Part shown: piece after piece, positions 35,743 through 39,050 of the stretch | Layout: each line of letters begins with the position of its first letter | Position numbering within the stretch: the first letter of the stretch is position 1 | Assembly: GCA_043803945.1 (NCBI GenBank) | Contig: JAZDJN010000007.1 | Coordinates: 1-39,050 of the forward strand | DNA from: a bacterium | GTDB lineage: Bacteria > Bacteroidota > Ignavibacteria > UBA10030 | Length of the DNA stretch: 39,050 nt | Direction: 5' to 3' | Position numbers and translations under genes: made by a program | Notes under the pieces: model-generated | Seen by the model: the letters and a program-made list of their open reading frames with translations, nothing else | What the model was told of the DNA's origin: nothing | The model's database searches: none

Positions 35743-36657
35743 ATGAGTGATATTGAAGAACAACGTCGTAGAGTTGAGGAATTAAAAAAGAAAATCCTCG
35801 AGAGCAAAAAGAAGCCAGAAGCTCCCGCAACGGACACGGCTGCCAAGGAAGAAGAACAACGGCTCCAGACTGAGCTTGATGCAAAACGGAAGGCAGAAGA
35901 CGAGGCACGCCGCATTGAGGAGGAGTTACAGAAAAAGGCAGAGGAAGTAGCCAAGCGAAGAACTCAGGAGGAAGCAAAGCGTCTCGCTGAAGAAGAGGCA
36001 CGGAGAAAAGCCGAAGAAGAGTCCATAAGAAAAGCGGAAGAAGAAGCCAAGAAAAAGGCCGAAGAAGCCATCCGATTAAAAGAGGAAAACGAGCGGAAGA
36101 AAGCTCTTGAAGAAGCACAACGGCAGGCTGAACTCCTGGCGAAGAAGAAAGCCATGGAAGAAGCTCGTCGAAAGGCTGAGGATCAGGAGCGAAAACGGAA
36201 GGAAGAAGAAGAACGGGCGAAAGCTGAAGAGGCAAAGAAAAAGGCGGAAGAGGCTCGGAAAAAAGCTGAAGAAGAACGAAGGAAAGCCGAAGCAGAACAA
36301 GGGAAAGCAGAACAGGCAAAACTTGTCGCTCAGCAGAAATCGAACCTTGCTTCTCAAGCCTATGTGAAGGTTCTTCGTCATGCATGGACAGATGGTGAGT
36401 TATCAAAAGAAGAGAACGCTCTCATCGCAGTGCTGCGCGAAGCCTTGAACATCAATAAAGATGAACACGAGAGTCTCCAACAGGAAGCTCAACTCGAAAT
36501 TTATCTGCAAGCGGTCATTGACGGATGGAAAGATGGTTCCGTTACACCAGAAGACTCCGAACAACTCGATCAATTGAGAGAAAAATTTAATATTTCAGCT
36601 GAGGAACATCTGCGATTGGAAAAACAAGTACGGAGAGAAATTCTCAGGCAGAAGTAG
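35743..36657 (+). CDS. Hypothetical protein with E/K/A/R-rich coiled coil and duplicated small helical C-terminal domain
   Basis: KKAEEEA-type repeats; two AY...L..AW.DG..S.EE...L..LR..LNI...EH-like units. Confidence 0.7.
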   Translation: MSDIEEQRRRVEELKKKILESKKKPEAPATDTAAKEEEQRLQTELDAKRKAEDEARRIEEELQKKAEEVAKRRTQEEAKRLAEEEARRKAEEESIRKAEEEAKKKAEEAIRLKEENERKKALEEAQRQAELLAKKKAMEEARRKAEDQERKRKEEEERAKAEEAKKKAEEARKKAEEERRKAEAEQGKAEQAKLVAQQKSNLASQAYVKVLRHAWTDGELSKEENALIAVLREALNINKDEHESLQQEAQLEIYLQAVIDGWKDGSVTPEDSEQLDQLREKFNISAEEHLRLEKQVRREILRQK

Positions 36658-37636
36658 ACGACCGTTCGTACTGATACGCCATTGCCTGGAGAGCAAGGAT
36701 TCGTTTTCCAGTGGGTGGATGTGTTCCAAAGAGTTCTGCAAAAAAACCCTCCTTGAGATTAATCTTTTTACCCAGAGGATCTGCAATGCAAAGATGAGCT
36801 GCACCACGTTTAATCGCCGCGGTTGGCTCCGCTGCATCTTCAATTTTTCTCAATGCCCGTGCAAGGCCGAGAGGATTCCGAGTTAATTCTGCACCGGAAG
36901 CATCAGCAAGGTATTCGCGTTTCCTTGAAATCGCCATTGCCATTAACTGGCTGATCAATGGCGCAAGAATAATTCCAATAATCCAGAATACGAGTAGAAT
37001 CAGCATCAGCGGACTGCCGCCTCCGGAACTTTTCCGGCGCCTTGATCCGCCGCCATACCACATTGCCCGGCGGGCCCAATCGGACAGCAGGAGAATAGCT
37101 CCCATTAATGCGGCGACAATTGTCATCAGACGGATGTCGTAATTTCTGATGTGGCTCATCTCATGGGCAACAACTCCCTGCAATTCTTCTCGATTGAGTT
37201 TTGTCAGCAAACCCTGGGTAACGGCAATAGAGCTGTGGTGCGGATCTTTACCAGTGGCAAAGGCGTTCGGATCCGGGTCGGGGATCACGAATACATTTGG
37301 CATCACCATTCCTGCGGCGATTGACATTTCTTCAACGGTATTGATGAGTTGACGATGATCGGGATTCGCCGGGTTGGCTGGCTGAGCACCACTGGAACTC
37401 AGCACAGCCGCGGCACCGGATTGAAGACCCCAGAAGGAGGATCCAAATCCAAAGGCAAGAGCGATAAAGGTCCCAATTGGAAAGAACATTTCTTCAGTGA
37501 GAGATTCGAGATAAAAGAAGTCAAATCCCAATCCGATGAAGGTCAGGAAGAAAATAAATCCTGCCATCACAACAAGCGTCATGCCTTTATTATGGCTCTG
37601 TTGTTCGTAAATGTTGCGGGGGAGTGTAGTCGCCAT
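36644..37636 (-). CDS. htpX: HtpX-like M48 zinc metalloprotease
   Basis: PNAFATG, VVAHEMSH (HExxH), SRKREYLAD, THPP..KRI; adjacent to lemA. Confidence 0.88.
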   Translation of the reverse strand: MATTLPRNIYEQQSHNKGMTLVVMAGFIFFLTFIGLGFDFFYLESLTEEMFFPIGTFIALAFGFGSSFWGLQSGAAAVLSSSGAQPANPANPDHRQLINTVEEMSIAAGMVMPNVFVIPDPDPNAFATGKDPHHSSIAVTQGLLTKLNREELQGVVAHEMSHIRNYDIRLMTIVAALMGAILLLSDWARRAMWYGGGSRRRKSSGGGSPLMLILLVFWIIGIILAPLISQLMAMAISRKREYLADASGAELTRNPLGLARALRKIEDAAEPTAAIKRGAAHLCIADPLGKKINLKEGFFAELFGTHPPTGKRILALQAMAYQYERSSTSA

Positions 37637-37640
37637 GGAA

Positions 37641-38213
37641 CTATTTTTTTCTTAACGAAAGATCGATCATGGGAGTCTCCCGTTCTGCAGCGGCGTGGAT
37701 CTCAAACAGTTCAGATCGTTTGAAATTAAACATCGATGCAATAGTATTCACGGGGAAGACTTCCTGTGCGATGTTGAATCTCATAGCGATATCGTTGTAA
37801 AATTGGCGGGCGAAGGTAATTTTATTTTCAGTGCTCGTTAACTCCTCCTGTAATTGGAGAACATTTTCGTTTGATCGTAGCGTGGGGTAGTTCTCGACCA
37901 GCGCGAAGAGTTTTGAGAGTGCACCCGTCAGGACATTTTCCTTTTCGGCGGAGTCGGCTACACCTTTAGCGGAGGCAGCTGCGTTTCTTGCCTGAATAAC
38001 TTTCTCAAGTGTATCCTGCTCGAATTCCATTTGACCTTTGACGATGTTCACCAGGTTTGGAATGAGGTCATGGCGTCGTTTGAGTTGAACATCTATTTGT
38101 TTCCAGCCATTTTCGACTTGATTTTTCAGAGTGATAAGCCCGTTATATTTTGCAATCGCCCAGATCACAAGTAACAGCACGAAGCCTATGAATACAAAGG
38201 GTAGGAAAGCCAT
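37641..38213 (-). CDS. lemA: LemA family protein
   Basis: WKQIDVQLKRRHDLIPNLV, ENYPTL, TENKITFARQFYN. Confidence 0.95.
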   Translation of the reverse strand: MAFLPFVFIGFVLLLVIWAIAKYNGLITLKNQVENGWKQIDVQLKRRHDLIPNLVNIVKGQMEFEQDTLEKVIQARNAAASAKGVADSAEKENVLTGALSKLFALVENYPTLRSNENVLQLQEELTSTENKITFARQFYNDIAMRFNIAQEVFPVNTIASMFNFKRSELFEIHAAAERETPMIDLSLRKK

Positions 38214-38370
38214 TGTCTTTTCCTTTCAGGAAGTTGATTACTCAAAGTAATCGAATTATTGTGAATGGTCAAATTGAATTCAATAGACATACCCTTTAGT
38301 GTTGGTTCTATTCGAAGCGATAGAGATGAGGCTGAATTTGATATGATAAGAAAAATATTTAAAAAACATG

Positions 38371-38399
38371 TTGACTTTTGAAATAACAGAATGTATATT
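38371..38399 (+). promoter_or_regulatory. rRNA operon promoter with AT-rich UP-like element
   Basis: TTGACT-17 nt-TATATT preceded by an A/T tract. Confidence 0.7.
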
Positions 38400-38517
38400 T
38401 ATAACCCCATAATGAAATGGGTGATTTAAAAAATTGAAATTATTTGATTTTAAGCAACCTGAATGCCCAGTAAAATGGGCATTTTTATCGATAAATCGAT
38501 TAGTTTTGGGGTTGCAT

Positions 38518-38530
38518 TGTTCTTTGGAAA
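38518..38530 (+). promoter_or_regulatory. boxA antitermination element
   Basis: TGTTCTTTGGAAA in the rrn leader. Confidence 0.6.
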
Positions 38531-38638
38531 GTGTGCATAGCCTCGAGTCAATTGAACAGGGTTTTGTACCTTGGCAATTGAATCGATTATAGCGATTCTT
38601 TAGTTGCCATTGGTCAAACTTGAAGTTGGGGAAAAAAT

Positions 38639-39050
<412 letters not shown>

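Noticed and set aside
35511-35954. N-terminal extension of the YIP1 ORF (396 aa)
   Set aside because: It is the antisense shadow of the coiled-coil gene; the real start with RBS is at 35510.

Overview
A 39-kb bacterial chromosomal window, most likely from an Ignavibacteria/Chlorobi-like (FCB group) organism, inferred from a T9SS-type C-terminal domain, the miaB/sigma54-regulator/lptE/TPR cluster and a partial 16S gene. The left arm (1-16.9 kb) carries housekeeping genes: TPR protein, GT2, lptE, sigma54-type regulator, SPOR protein, miaB, pta, DUF1624-like protein, LonC-type protease, K+ channel and KimA-like APC permease. The centre (about 17.0-31.7 kb) is a type III-B CRISPR-Cas locus: cas6, a 50-aa cmr1 remnant, HD-less cas10/cmr2, cmr3, cmr1, cmr4-6, a TM+SAVED/CARF-like protein, an unknown membrane protein, a Csx20-like putative ring nuclease, a RAYT transposase with REP doublets, an RT-Cas1 fusion, cas2, and an array of 23 identical 35-nt repeats with 22 spacers. 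The right arm carries a GT4-deacetylase fusion, small secreted proteins, YIP1, a coiled-coil protein, htpX-like, lemA and the 5' end of 16S rRNA. The most striking observation is that the CRISPR-Cas locus lies between two copies of the last 131 nt of the permease gene. The copies are ungapped and 38/42 aa identical but only about 70% identical in nucleotides, and the orphan copy starts at the base immediately after the last CRISPR repeat. No integrase is encoded between them, suggesting an island inserted into the permease 3' end with its right junction at a CRISPR repeat.
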